A stretch of 64,000 bases of DNA from Mobula hypostoma (lineage: Eukaryota), in assembly GCF_963921235.1 (NCBI RefSeq), contig NC_086097.1, positions 222,582,001-222,646,000 of the forward strand, given 5' to 3'. The translations under genes and the position numbers were made by a program. Below the pieces are notes generated by a model. The model searched no databases. It was not told where the DNA came from and saw only the letters and a program-made list of their open reading frames with translations. The number at the start of each line of letters is the position of its first letter. The first letter of the stretch is position 1. Shown piece after piece: positions 1-11,282 of the stretch.

Positions 1-550
1 CTTGAGTGACGTTGGAGCTAGACTCATCCATGTACGTAAGTGGGGAGTAATCTACAACACTCTTGGCTCAGACCTTGTCAATGCTAGAAATATTTTGAAA
101 TGCCAAGAAGTGACCTGTCATCACAGGATATCTGTCCACTCCCAGATGACGATGGTAGAGAATCGAAAATGGTAAGATCAATCAATACCATAGCTAGGTG
201 CTTTGTTATCTGCTTCTCGCTTAACGGTATTGCTGCAAGCAGATGTGGACATTAGCTGGAGTCAAACCTTGTTGCCCTGTTTTACCAGAACTACTGCAAG
301 TCATACTAGTCTAGGCCAGTCATTCTCATTGGTCAATTTGGTGATAAGGTCTCAGGCTTTGTGATCCAGGTGAAACGCAAACTGAGAACTAGGGAGCAGG
401 TCACTGTAGAGTTTCTGTTAGTCAATAACACTGTAAACATCATTCTTCACTTTGCTTATGATTGAGGGTAAACTGATGAACCAGTACTCAGCTGGATTGG
501 TTTTGTCCTTTTCTTAGTGAACAAAGCATATGTTTCCAATTTTCTACAGT
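1..550 (-). mobile_element. Very old, degraded CR1-like LINE fragment
   Basis: Resembles the reverse complement of CR1 RT/3' region sequence (gttggagctagactcatcc...; gattgagggtaaactgatg...gctggattgg); no ORF remains. Boundaries approximate. Confidence 0.4.
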
Positions 551-1239
551 TGTTTAAATGTGCTGGAAAAAGAAAATCAGCACAGATATTCAACCTGTAA
601 AAAGACCATATATGCCATTTTATTAACGCTACTCATAGTATCCTACTTTAAAATTCCGTTACAAGATTTAATTTGAAGTAAGGTTGTCAAACTGATATAT
701 TCAATGTGATTAAAAATTTAAAATGTTGAGATCAAATATTTTCTGCAATGGAGAAACAAAATGTGACTCATGTTTACTTTTATTTTATGCTCCATTTTCA
801 CTTGTAGAACATGGAGCCTGGCTACTAAATTAGCATTCCAATAATGAATTTAGATTCACAATTCTGCAGTGGCTATAACACTAACTGGAACAAATAGCAC
901 ATTCTCAACATGACAACAAAAATTAATTATGAATACCTTTAATTTTTCCATACAGCGGTCTTTCCGCATTATAAATTTTTATGTTGTAACTACAGCAATT
1001 CTTATACTCTGGATTCACAGGCAACTTTTCTAGTGATGGGAGGTTAAACACTATGAATTACGAAATAATTTGTTCTGAACTCCCCACTTTAGGGCTAACA
1101 GCTTTAATGTCAGATTTTGTGCAATGTTGTATGTTCAGTATGACCACTGGATTCAAAACTAATACAAACTCCTCTTATGAGAAAAAGCAAAAAGAAATAT
1201 TGGTACCAATGACATAGGTAGGAAAATGGATGAGATGAA

Positions 1240-2201
1240 TATAGGGAGTTAGGTAGAAATTTGAAAAGTAAGATCTCAAGGGTAGTAATCTCAGTTTGCT
1301 ACCTGTGCCACACAGCTGTGAAGATAAGAATACAATGATTTGGCAGTTGAATTCATAGCTGAGGAATTGGAGCAGGGGGCAGAATTTCAGATTTCAGAAT
1401 CATTGGGATCTCTTCTGGGGAAGATATGACCTTTACAAAATTGATGGGTTATATCTGAACTCGGGGACAATTTTCCTTGTGGGCAAGTTTGCTGGAGTTG
1501 TTGGGGAGAGTTTAAACTAATTTGGCAAGGTGCTGGGAACCAGAGTGATAGGGCTGAGGATGGGGCAGTTGGTGTATAAGTAGATGCACTAGTAGGGCTA
1601 TGAGGAAGGATAGACGGATGATACGGCAAAATTCCAATCAGCGGGATAAGTTGAAGTGTAACGTGGGGACAAATAGGCCAAAGCCAGCATGGTTTTCTAA
1701 AGGGCAAATCTTGCCTGACAAATCTGTTGGAATTCCTTAAAGAAATAATAGGTAGGAGAGACAAAGGAGAGTCAGTGGATATTGTTTACTTAGATGTTCA
1801 AACAGCTTTTGATAAGGTGCTGCACGTGAAGCTGGTAAGAGCCCATGGAATTACAAGAAAGATGATCCATGGATAGGAGAGTGACTGACTAGCAGGAGGC
1901 AAAGAGTGGGAATAAAGGGGGCTTTTTCTGGCTGGTTGCCGGTGATTAGTGGTGTTCAAAAGGGGTTGATACTGGGATCGGTTCTTTTCGTATAGAAACC
2001 TATGAAATATTGTAAGGGCGAGATAGAGTGGATGTGGAGAAGATGTTTCTTAGAGTGTGGGAGTCTAGAACCAGAGGGCACAGCCTCAGAGTAGAGAGAC
2101 ACCCATTTAGAACAGAGGTAAGGTGGAATATCTCCAGCCATAAGGTTGTGAATCTGTGGAATTCATTGCCACAAGTGGTGGTGGAGGCCAAATCATTAGT
2201 T
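1240..2201 (+). mobile_element. Degraded CR1 LINE pieces (ORF1 esterase remnant, RT remnant, 3' part), split by the Gypsy insertion
   Basis: ORF1-like LKSKISRVVIS at ~1261; RT motifs SQHGFLKGKSCLTNLLEF and VDIVYLD..AFDKV at 1680-1820; C-terminal ESRTRGHSLRVERHPFRTEVR...VVNLWNSLPQ (ORF 2028-2234). Confidence 0.85.
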
Positions 2202-2488
2202 TGTAGTGGTGTGCTACACACAGCGCTAGAATAACCACACGGAGTCGGTGAGTTAGAGTTGCGATGAAAGAGATTTATTCAAACTTCGTGGCCTGCTTTA
2301 AAGCCTTCCCGTTCCCGCCCTCTCTGGGGCGGGACTGCTGTGGGGAATGCCTATTCCCAGACCCTTTCCGCACGCGGATATTTTCCCCCTGCTGGTGAAG
2401 ATGGCCTGGCACCCTTTCTGGGGCCAGCCCTCTGCCTGCGCGCGCTGTTGTGAGCCGGTTCGTGTGTGCCAGAAAGTGGGTCGCCACA
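2202..2488 (-). repeat. 3' LTR of the Gypsy element (287 bp)
   Basis: TGTAG...GCCACA on +; direct repeat of 6431-6716 with about 12 substitutions and 1 indel by manual alignment; tttatt on + gives AATAAA on the minus strand. Confidence 0.97.
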
Positions 2489-2503
2489 TAACCTCCCCCC
2501 CGC
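2489..2503 (-). promoter_or_regulatory. Polypurine tract (PPT)
   Basis: Minus strand GCGGGGGGGAGGTTA immediately precedes the TG of the 3' LTR. Confidence 0.9.
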
Positions 2504-5336
2504 AGAACTGGCGATACCTCCCCCAATGTCCACAGTCTGGATCGGCCTCTGTTTGGGAGGTCTGCCCCCGCGCCGCGGTGCCTGAGCCTGGACCGGCTGC
2601 GCCAAGTCCACATGGGCCGGTTTGAGTCGGTCCACTGTGAAAACCTCCTCTCTCCCACCAGTGTCCAGCACGAACGTGGACCTGTTGTTCCTGATCACCT
2701 TAAACGGCCCCTCGTAGGGCCACTGTAGCGGTGCCCGGTGTCCGCCCCGTCGTACAAAAAGAAACTTACAGTTCTGCAGGTCTTTGGGTACGTAGGTCGG
2801 GCTCTGTCCGTTCTGTGAAGTGGGGATGGGGGCCAGGTTACTGAGCCTCTCCCGTAGTCTGTCCAGGACTGCTGTGGGTTCTTCCTCTTGCCCCCTTGGG
2901 GCTGGTATGAACTCTCCTGGGACTACCAGGGGTGCGCCGTACACCAACTCGGCCGACAAGGTGTGCAGATCCTCCTTGGGCGCCGTGCGGATTCCGAGCA
3001 GGACCCAGGGAAGCTCGTCCACCCAGTTAGGCCCCTCCAGGCGGGCCATGAGAGCCGATTTCAGGTGACGGTGGAAGCGCTCCACTAGTCCGTTCGACTG
3101 TGGGTGGTAGGCAGTTGTGTGGTGTAGCTGCGATCCTAAAAGGTTGGCCATAGCCGACCCACAGGCTGGAGGTGAACTGGACGCCCCTGTCAGAGGTAAT
3201 GTGGGCCGGTACCCCGAAGCGGGCTACCCAAGTTGCGATCAGTGCTCGGGCGCAGGATTCGGAGGTGGTGTCGGTGAGCGGGACTGCCTCTGGCCATCTG
3301 GTGAACCGGTCTATCATAGTTAGGAGGTACCGCGCTCCTCGCGACACTGGCAGGGGCCCCACGATATCCACATGGATGTGGTTGAACCTCCGGCGGGTGG
3401 GTTCGAACCGCTGTGGCGGAGCCTTGGTATGCCGCTGCACCTTGGCCGATTGGCACTGCATGCACGTTTTGGCCCATTCACTGACCTGTTTACGCAGTCC
3501 ATGCCACATGAACCTGTTGGCGACCAGCCGGACGGTTGTCCTGATGGAGGGGTGCGCTAAGTTGTGAATGGACTCGAAAACCCGCCGGCGCCAGGCTGCT
3601 GGGACGATGGGGCAGGGTTGGCCAGTAGCTACGTCACATAGTAGGGTCCTCTCACCTGGGCCTACGGGGAGGTCTTGGAGCTGCAAACCGGAGACTGCAG
3701 TCCTGTAACTGGGGATCTCAGCGTCTGCCTGCTGTGCCTCGGCCAGCGCTGCATAGTCCACCCCCTGGGACAGGGCCTGTATGGTGGGTCTGGAAAGTGC
3801 GTCCGCCACAACGTTGTCCTTTCCAGAGACATGCTGGATGCCCGTCGTGTACTCGGAGATGTAGGACAGATGTCGCTGCTGGCGGGACGACCAGGGGTCG
3901 GATGCCTTCATGAACGCGAAGGTAAGCGGTTTGTGGTTGTGAACGCGGTGAAGGGCCTACCTTCTAAGAAGTACCTGAAATGCCGGATTGCCAGGTATAG
4001 TGCCAATAGCTCCCGGTCGAAAGCACTGTATTTGAGTTCAGGTGGTCGTAGGTGTTTGCTGAAGAACACCAGGGGTTGCCAGCGACCCTCGATGAGTTGT
4101 TCCAGCACTCCACCGACCGCTGTGTTGGATGCGTCCACCGTGAGGGCAGTAGGAACGTCCGTTCTGGGGTGCACTAGCATCGCGGCCTTTGCCAAGGCTT
4201 CTTTGGTTTTAACGAAAGCGGTTGCGGCCTCTTCGTCCCAGGTAATGTCCTTGCCCTTACCCGATATTAGAGTGAACAGGGGTCGCATGGTTCGGGCTGC
4301 TGAGGGGAGGAAACGGTGATAGAAATTCACCATACCCACGAATTCCTGCAGGCCTTTGATTGTGTTGGGTCGGGGGAAGTTGCGGACCGCGTCTACCTTG
4401 GCGGGCAGCGGGGTTGCCCTGTCTTTAGTAATCCTGTGGCCCAGGAAGTCAATGGTGTCGAGTCCGAACTGGCATTTGGCTGGGTTGATTGTAAGACCGA
4501 ATTCGCTCAGGCGGGAGTAGAGCTGGCGGAGGTGGGACAGATGCTCCTGCCGACTACTGCTTGCTATGAGGATGTCGTCCAAATAGATGTATGCAAAGTC
4601 CAGGTCGCGTCCCACCGCATCCATTAGCTGCTGGAACGTCTGTGCGGCATTCTTTAGACCAAACGGCATTTGGAGGAATTCGAAAAGTCCGAACGGAGTG
4701 ATAAGTGCTGTTTTGGGGATGCCATCCGGATGTACAGGGATTTGATGGTATCCCCGGACGAGGTCTACCTTGGAAAAGATCCTTGCGCCGTGTAGGTTTG
4801 CTGCGAAGTCTTGAATGTGCGGCACAGGGTAGCGGTCTGGCGTTGTAGCCTCGTTCAGTCTGCAGTAGTCACCGCATGGTCTCCAGCCCCCCGTTGCCTT
4901 GGGCACCATGTGAAGGGGGAAGGCCCATGGGCTGTCGGACGGTCGTATGATCCCCAATTCCTCCATCTTCTTGAACTCCTCCTTCGCCAGTCGGAGCTTG
5001 TCCGGGGGAAACCTTCGAGCACGGGCGTGGAGGGGTGGTCCCTGGGTCGGGATGTGGTGCTGTACTCCGTGTCTGGGCATGGCTGCCCTTACCCGATGGG
5101 AAATCCACCAGGACCCTGGTGAATTCGTCGTCGGACAGCGTGATGGAGTCCAGGTGTGGGGCTGGCAACTGTGGTTCACCCAGGGAGAAAGTTTGAAAAG
5201 TCTTGGCGTGGACTAATCGCTTCCCTTGCAGGTTGACCAGCAGGCTGTGGGCTCGTAGAAAATCCTCCCCCAGGAGTGGTTGGGCCACGGCAGCCAGTGT
5301 GAAGTCCCACGTGAACCGGCTGAACTGTAGCCGTAC

Positions 5337-5646
5337 CGTGCGGGTGCCGTAGGTTCGTATTGTGCTGCCATTTGCGGCCCTCAAGGTGGGTCCCGGTTCT
5401 CTGTTGCGGGTGTCATAACTCGTTGGAGATAAGACGCTGATCTCCGCTCCAGTGTCGACCAAAAAGCGGCGTCCCGACTGCTTGTCCCAGACGTGCGGGT
5501 GCCGTAGGTTCGTATTGTGCTGCCATTTGCGGCCCTCAAGGTGGGTCCCGGTTCTCTGTTGCAGGTATCATAACTCGTTGGAGATAAGACGCTGATCTCC
5601 GCTCCAGTGTCGACCAAAAAGCGGCGTCCCGACTGCTTGTCCCAGA
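5337..5646. repeat. 155-bp tandem duplication within the protease region
   Basis: 5337-5491 repeats at 5492-5646 with 2 differences; CGT microhomology at the junctions. Confidence 0.95.
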
Positions 5647-5685
5647 CGTACAGGAGGCTGTCCTGATGGCCAGCCGCCATAGCCA

Positions 5686-6390
5686 TCAGCGGCGGCTGGC
5701 CCTGGCATTTCCCGGGAATTTGCGGGGTGGTCTGCAGCGGCGGGCCTCTGTGCCCCACCGCTGGTGGTAGAAACACCATTGTTCGTTGGGCTCCTCACTC
5801 CCGTCGCCGGGTTTTGTAGGCTCTGCTGCCGGGCCTGGTCTGGTCTGTCGTTGGGCACGCGGCTTGGTGATCTGTGCGACGGATGCCCCTCTCTCTTTCC
5901 TGGCATTCCACAGCACATCTGCTCGGGCCGCCACCTCCCGGGGGTTACTGAAATCTGCGTCGGACAGCAGCAGGCATATGTCCTCGGGCAGTTGCTCTAG
6001 GAACGCCTGCTCAAACATGAGGCAGGGTTTGTGTCCTTCCGCCAGGGCCAGCATCTCGTTCATTAATGCTGACGGCGGTCTGTCTCCCAAACCATCCAGG
6101 TGCATTAAGCAGCGTGCTCGTTCGCGCCGTGAGAGTCTGAAAGTCCTTATGAGCAGGGCTTTGAATGCTGTGTATTTGCCGTCCTCCGGGGGCGACTGTA
6201 TAAACTCCTCAACTTGTGCAGCTGTCTCCTGGTCGAGTGAGCTCAGCACGTAGTAGTAGCGAGTGGACTCCGAGCTTATCTGCGGAATGTGGAATTGAGC
6301 TTCTGCTTGTTCGAACCATAAATGGGGTCGCTTCATCCAGAAGCTTGGCAGTTTTAACGAAACTGCGTGAACAGATGCAGCGTCGGTCAT
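5686..6390 (-). CDS. gag: Gypsy Gag (open ORF, ~234 aa from the ATG at 6390)
   Basis: MTDAASVHAVSLKLPSFW...LWFEQAEAQF; LGDRPPSALMNEM; C-terminal WCFYHQRWGTEARRCRPPR (CHCC-type knuckle with the last Cys replaced by Arg). Lies just downstream of the PBS. Confidence 0.92.
   Translation of the reverse strand: MTDAASVHAVSLKLPSFWMKRPHLWFEQAEAQFHIPQISSESTRYYYVLSSLDQETAAQVEEFIQSPPEDGKYTAFKALLIRTFRLSRRERARCLMHLDGLGDRPPSALMNEMLALAEGHKPCLMFEQAFLEQLPEDICLLLSDADFSNPREVAARADVLWNARKERGASVAQITKPRAQRQTRPGPAAEPTKPGDGSEEPNEQWCFYHQRWGTEARRCRPPRKFPGNARASRR
5707..5713 (-). promoter_or_regulatory. Putative -1 ribosomal frameshift heptamer G GGA AAT
   Basis: X XXY YYZ pattern in the gag frame near its 3' end; the -1 frame continues GKCQGQPPLMAMAAGHQDSLLYVWDKQSGRRFLVDTGA into protease; an 11-bp GC stem starts 5 nt downstream. 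Confidence 0.75.
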
Positions 6391-6414
6391 CTCTGGTCCA
6401 AATATCGTTTGGGC

Positions 6415-6428
6415 CGTCGGGGTCACCA
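6415..6428 (-). promoter_or_regulatory. Primer-binding site, tRNA-Trp
   Basis: Minus strand TGGTGACCCCGACG, 2 nt after the 5' LTR, complementary to the 3' end (CGUCGGGGUCACCA) of vertebrate tRNA-Trp. Confidence 0.9.
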
Positions 6429-6430
6429 AT

Positions 6431-6716
6431 TGTAGCGATGTGCTACACACAGCGCTAGAATAACCACACGGAGTCGGTGAGTTAGAGTTGCGATGAAAGA
6501 GATTTATTCAAACTTCGCGGCCTGCTTTAAAGCCTTCCTGTTCCTGCCCTCCCTGGGGCGGGACTGCTGTGGGGAATGCCTATTCCCAGACCCTTTCCGC
6601 GCGCGGGATTTTCCCCCTGCTGGTGAAGATGGCCTGGCGCCCTTGCTGGGGCCGGCCCTCTGCCTGCGCACGCTGTTGTGAGCCGGTTCGTGTGTGCCAG
6701 AAAGTGGGTCGCCACA
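6431..6716 (-). repeat. 5' LTR of the Gypsy element (286 bp)
   Basis: Direct repeat of 2202-2488 with TG...CA ends; adjacent to the PBS. Confidence 0.97.
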
Positions 6717-6875
6717 AGGTACATTTAAAGCGGAAGTTGATAGGTTCTTGATTAGTCAGGGTGTCAAAAGTTACGGGGAGAAGGCAGAAGAATGGGTTTG
6801 AGAGGGATAATAAATCAGCGATGAACAGACTCAATGGACCGAGTGGCATATTTTGCTCCTATGTCTTATAGGCTT
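6717..6875 (+). mobile_element. CR1 3' end (continuation of the copy split by the Gypsy element)
   Basis: acatttaaagcggaagttgatagg...cagactcaatggaccgagtggc...ctcctatgtctta, the same terminus as other CR1 copies in this window (e.g. 16510-16685). Confidence 0.85.
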
Positions 6876-6994
6876 ATGGACATTGGTCACGTGGCTAGGT
6901 AACAGACAACAGAGGCCATGGTGAATGAAGACTGGGGGAAGGTGAATAGTGGTGTTCCCCATCTGTGAGAGTGATGGCCATTGATGTTTATGAT

Positions 6995-8385
6995 ATAGAA
7001 ACATAGAAAATAGGTGCAGGAGTAGGCCATTCGGCCCTTCGAGCCTGCACCGCCATTTATTATGATCATGGCTGATCATCCAACTCAGAACCCCGCCCCA
7101 GCCTTCCCTCCATACCCCCTGACCCCTGTAGCCACAAGGGCCATATCTAACTCCCTCTTAAACATAGCCAATGAACTGGCCTCAACAGTTTGCTGTGGCA
7201 GAGAATTCCACAGATTCACCACTCTCTGTGTGAAGAAGTTTTTCCTAATCTCGGTCCTAAAAGGCTTCCCCTCTATCCTCAAACTGTGACCCCTCGTTCT
7301 GGACCTCCCCAACATCGGGAACAATCTTCCTGCATCTAGCCTGTCCAATCCCTTTAGGATCTTATACGTTTCAATCAGATCCCCCCTCAATCTTCTAAAT
7401 TCCAACGAGTACAAGCCCAGTTCATCCAGTCTTTCTTCATATGAAAGTCCTGCCATCCCAGGAATCAATCTGGTGAACCTTCTTTGTACTCCCTCTATGG
7501 CAAAGATGTCTTTCCTCAGATTAGGGGACCAAAACTGCACACAATACTCCAGGTGTGGTCTCACCAAGGCCTTGTACAACTGCAGTAGTACCTCCCTGCT
7601 CCTGTACTCGAATCCTCTCGCTATAAATGCCAGCATACCGTTCGCCTTTTTCACCGCCTGCTGTACCTGCATGCCCACTTTCAATGACTGGTGTATAATG
7701 ACACCCAGGTCTCGTTGCACCTCCCCTTTTCCTAATCGGCCACCATTCAGATAATAATCTGTTTTCCTATTTTTGCCACCAAAGTGGATAACTTCACATT
7801 TATCCACATTAAATTGCATCTGCCATGAGTTTGCCCACTCACCCAACCTATCCAAGTCACCCTGCATCCTCTTAGCATCCTCCTCACTGCTAACACTGCC
7901 GCCCAGCTTCGTGTCATCCGCAAACTTGGAGATGCTGCATTTAATTCCCTCATCCAAGTCATTAATATATATTGTAAACAACTGGGGTCCCAGCACTGAG
8001 CCTTGCGGTACCCCACTAGTCACCGCCTGCCATTCTGAAAAGGTCCCGTTTATTCCCACTCTTTGCTTCCTGTCTGCTAACCAATTCTCCACCCACACCA
8101 ATACCTTACCCCCAATACCGTGTGCTTTAAGTTTGCACACTAATCTCCTGTGTGGGACCTTGTCAAAAGCCTTTTGAAAATCCAAATATACCACATCCAC
8201 TGGTTCTCCCCTATCCACTCTACTAGTTACATCCTCAAAAAATTCTATGAGATTCGTCAGACATGATTTTCCTCTCACAAATCCATGCTGACTTTGTCCG
8301 ATCATTTCTCCGCTTTCCAAATGTGCTGTTATCACATCCTTGATAACTGACTCCAGCAGTTTCCCCACCACCGACGTTAGGCTAA
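6995..8385 (-). mobile_element. Young 5'-truncated CR1 LINE with uninterrupted RT/C-terminal reading frame
   Basis: ORF 7085-8416: [44 protein letters not shown]; 3' UTR GGGCCGAATGGCCT and CTATGTTT-type tail; inserted antisense into an older CR1. Confidence 0.97.
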
Positions 8386-8689
8386 ATAAATAACCTAAAG
8401 TTAGGAATGAAAACAAAGTTTCTAAATTTGTTGATAGCTCAAAACAAAGAATATTGTGAATTGTGAAGAGATTAGTGATAAATTGCAGCAGGATTTAAAC
8501 AAGCCTGGTGGAATGGCCAGACACATGGCAGATCAAGTTAAATGCAGAGAAGTGTGTTTTATTTCAGTGGGAAGAATGGGGAGAGGCCATCTGGAGCAAA
8601 CAGTACTGTTTCAAAAGGGGTGCAGGAGCAAAAGGAGCTGAAGGTTTGTGTGCACGGATCATCGTTAATGCAAGGTAGATTGAGAACTG

Positions 8690-9050
8690 ATGTTCAGCTC
8701 ACTAGTCCATGAGGTTTACTGGCCTCAGTGCTGATCCGACTCTGCACTGTGGCCTGCAGCCATCAGCACTCAGCACTCAGCTCAGTGCTGAACCTGGCCC
8801 TGTGGCTGTGGACTCACTTTTAGGGACACTGCTGTTTTGTGTTTTATTTGTTTACCTTTTTTAATTGTTTTCACAATTTGTTCTTTTTTTTTGCACATTG
8901 GGTGTTTGATGGTCTTTGTTGTGTGGGATTTTTTAATGGGTTCTATTGTGCTTCTATGTTTTGTGGCTGCCTGCAAGAAGATGAATCTCAAGGTTGTGTA
9001 TAGTATACATACTTCAATAATAAATGTACTTTGAACTTCCAACTTTGAAT
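8690..9050 (+). repeat. Rex1/Babar-type 3' UTR repeat with (CTTTGAA)-like tail
   Basis: gcctgcaagaagatgaatctcaaggttg...aataaatgtactttgaac; related copies at ~21290-21698, 28640-28807 and, on minus, ~35690-36090 and 56680-56960. Confidence 0.6.
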
Positions 9051-9239
9051 CTGGTTAGTAAGGCAAACACATTTCTGTTTATTGAAGCATCGAGTATAGA
9101 AGCAGGAATATAGGCCGTATCTGGAGAATTGCATTCAGATCTGATTACCCCATTATAGGAAAGATGTTGGGGTTTTGAAGAGGGTGTTGCAGAGGTTTAC
9201 CAGGATACTGCCTAGGTTAGAGGGCATGTGCTATTCTGT

Positions 9240-9410
9240 CTTCTGACCCTTTCCTTTCTAGTCTTGATGAAGGATGTTGGCCCAAGACATCGACAGTTTA
9301 TTTCCACCCCACACCACCCCCCCCATTAATGTTGTCTAACTTGCTGAGTTCCTCCAGAATTTTCTGTGTGCTGCTCAAGATTCCCATTATCTACAGAATC
9401 TCTAGTGTTT
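9240..9410 (+). repeat. Penelope-like terminal-repeat fragment with decayed hammerhead
   Basis: agtcttgatgaaggatgttggcccaagacatcgacag...tgctgagttcctccag; homologous to 11270-11418. Confidence 0.7.
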
Positions 9411-9702
9411 ATGCTACAAAGAGAGGTTGAGGAGAGACCTGATAAAAGTTTGTAAGATTAAGGGAGCCGTAGAGTAGATGCCAGTATCTTTTTCCTGGAG
9501 GGTGTGCACTTACCATGAGAGGGAGTATCTTCAAAGGAGATGTGTAGGGCAATTTTTTTTAGAGTGGTGAGTGCCTGAAATGTACTGCCTGGGATGGTGG
9601 TGGAAGCAAATATGATGGCAATGTTCAAGAAGCTCTTAGGTAGGTACATAAATGTGCAGGAAATGGAAGGATATGGACATTAGCTAGACAGAAAGGATTA
9701 GT

Positions 9703-9836
9703 AAACATGAGAAAATCTGCAGATACTGGAAATCCAAAGCAACACACACAAAATGCTGGGGGAACTCAGCAGGTCAGGCAACATCTATAGAGAGGAACAG
9801 TCGACGTTTTGGGCTAAGACCCTTCTTCAGGACTGG
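9703..9836 (-). repeat. Penelope-like terminal-repeat fragment with hammerhead motif
   Basis: Reverse complement reads CAGTC CTGAAGA AGGGTCTTAGCCC AAAACGTC GACTG, followed by the same tail as 11330-11418. Confidence 0.85.
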
Positions 9837-10599
9837 AGGGCAATAGTGTATTTGGACATTCGATTACTGATTTGATTCATTCAGCGCAGCAATGTGGGCC
9901 TAAGGTCCTGTTTTCTGTTCTGTGTTCTATGTATGTTATGAACCCTTAAAAAATGCTGGCCTGGCCTCAGCTTGAAGAATTGTATTGAATTCTGTTTGTC
10001 AATTAAAGGAAGGATGTGAAGGTCCTTGAGAAGGTCCAGAAAAAACGGACTCTCACAGCTACCTGGACTATTCCTCTTCTCACCCTATCTCTTGCTAAAA
10101 TGTCATCCCCTTCTCGCAATTCCTTCGTCTCTACCGCATCTGCTCTCAGGATGAGGCTTTTCATTCCGGGGCGAAGGAGATGTCCTCCTTTTTTAAAGAA
10201 AGGGGCTTCCCTTCCTCCACCATCAACTCTGCTCTCAAATGCATCTCTCCCATTTCACGTACATCTGCTCTCACCCCATCCTCCCACCACTCCACTAGGA
10301 TAGGGTTCCCCTTGTCCTCACCTACCACCCCACCAGCCTCCGGGTCCAACATATAATTCTCCATAACTTCTGCCACCTCCAGCGGAATCCCACCACTAAG
10401 CACATCTTTCCCTCTCCCCTCTCTCTGCTTTCCGCAGGGATCGCTCCCTACGCGACTCCCTTGTCCATTCATTCCCCCTCCCTCATCCCTTCTCACCGAC
10501 CTCCCTCCCAGCACTTATCCTTGTAAGCAGAACAAGTGCTACACATGCCCTTACACTTCCTCCCTCACCACCATTCAGGGCCCCAGACAGTCCTTCCAG

Positions 10600-10926
10600 G
10601 TGAGGCGACACTTCACCTGTGAGTCGGCTAGGGTGATATACTGCGTCTGGTGCTCCCAATGTGACCTTCTATATATTGGCGAGACCCGACACAGGCTGGG
10701 AGACTGTTTCGCTGAACACCTACGCTCTGTCCGCCAGAGAAAGCAGGATCTGCCAGTGGCCACACATTTTAATTCCACATCCCATTCCCATTCTGATATG
10801 TCTATCCACAGCCTCCTCTACTGTCAAGATGAAGCCACACTCAGGTTGGAGGAACAACACCTTATATTCCGTCTGGGTAGCCTCCAACCTGATGGCATGA
10901 ACATTAACTTCTCTAACTTCCGTTAA
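10600..10926 (+). pseudogene. GIY-YIG endonuclease domain of the Penelope-like element (open 108-codon stretch)
   Basis: VIYCVWCSQCDLLYIGETRHRL...EHLRSV...VATHFN...EEQHLIFRLGSLQPDGMN. Confidence 0.9.
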
Positions 10927-11035
10927 TGCCCCACCTCCCCTTCGTACCCCATCCGTTATTTATTTATTTATTCATTCATTCATTCATTCTCTCTCTCTCT
11001 CCTTTTTCTCCCTCTGTCCCTCTCACTATACTCCT

Positions 11036-11139
11036 TGCCCAAACTCTGGGATTCCCCCCTCCCCCTTTCTTTCTCCATAGGCCTCCCTGCCCAAACTCTG
11101 GGATTCCCCCCTCCCCCTTTCTTTCTCCCTAGGCCTCCC
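11036..11139. repeat. 52-bp tandem duplication in the PLE 3' region
   Basis: tgcccaaactctgggattcccccctccccctttctttctcc(a/c)taggcctccc occurs twice, starting at 11036 and 11088. Confidence 0.9.
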
Positions 11140-11282
11140 GTCCCACGATCCTCTCATATCCCTTTTGCCAATCAACTTTCCAGCTCTTGGCTCCATCCCT
11201 CCCCCTCCTGTCTTCTCCTATCATTTCGGATTTCCCCCTCCCCCTCCCACTTTTACATGTCTTACTATCTCTTCTTTCAGTT

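Larger units (their letters stand above)
2490..5713 (-). pseudogene. pol: Gypsy pol (protease, RT, RNase H, integrase), frameshifted
   Basis: PR FLVDTGAEISV (ORFs 5381-5779, 4869-5462); RT RPCGDY..LN, FSKVDL..GYHQ, YLDD and RNase [21 protein letters not shown] (3908-5179); IN HNLAHP..CMQC, HVDIVG, TSDRG (3027-3911), GLVERFHR and WPYEGPF (2351-3151). Frame breaks near 5490, 5095, 3940 and 3150. Confidence 0.96.
2202..6716 (-). mobile_element. Full-length Ty3/Gypsy LTR retrotransposon (CsRN1/Kabuki-like), disabled by frameshifts
   Basis: Two ~287-bp TG...CA LTRs, PBS, PPT, gag-PR-RT-RNaseH-IN order; 4-bp TSD AGTT (2198-2201) / AGGT (6717-6720) with one mismatch; the host CR1 sequence is continuous across the insertion. 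Confidence 0.97.
8386..9930 (+). mobile_element. Old fragmented CR1 (host of 6995-8385), interrupted by a Rex1-type 3' UTR repeat (8690-9050) and two Penelope terminal fragments
   Basis: Decayed VSKFVDSSK, LQQDL and LENCIQ..PHYRKDV motifs; CR1 3' terminus at ~9880-9930. Confidence 0.65.

Noticed and set aside
2351..2658. Possible env or chromodomain after integrase
   Set aside because: The integrase frame runs straight through the PPT into the LTR; there is no room or motif for either.
2275..6849. Many overlapping or antisense ORFs over the Gypsy element (e.g. 3675-4319+, 5786-6253+, 3172-3567+)
   Set aside because: Shadow frames expected in GC-rich coding sequence; no recognisable motifs.
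7085..8416. Domesticated or host RT gene
   Set aside because: The ORF start lies in flanking DNA beyond the 5' truncation at ~8385, and near-identical sister copies occur in the window, so it is a young CR1 fragment.
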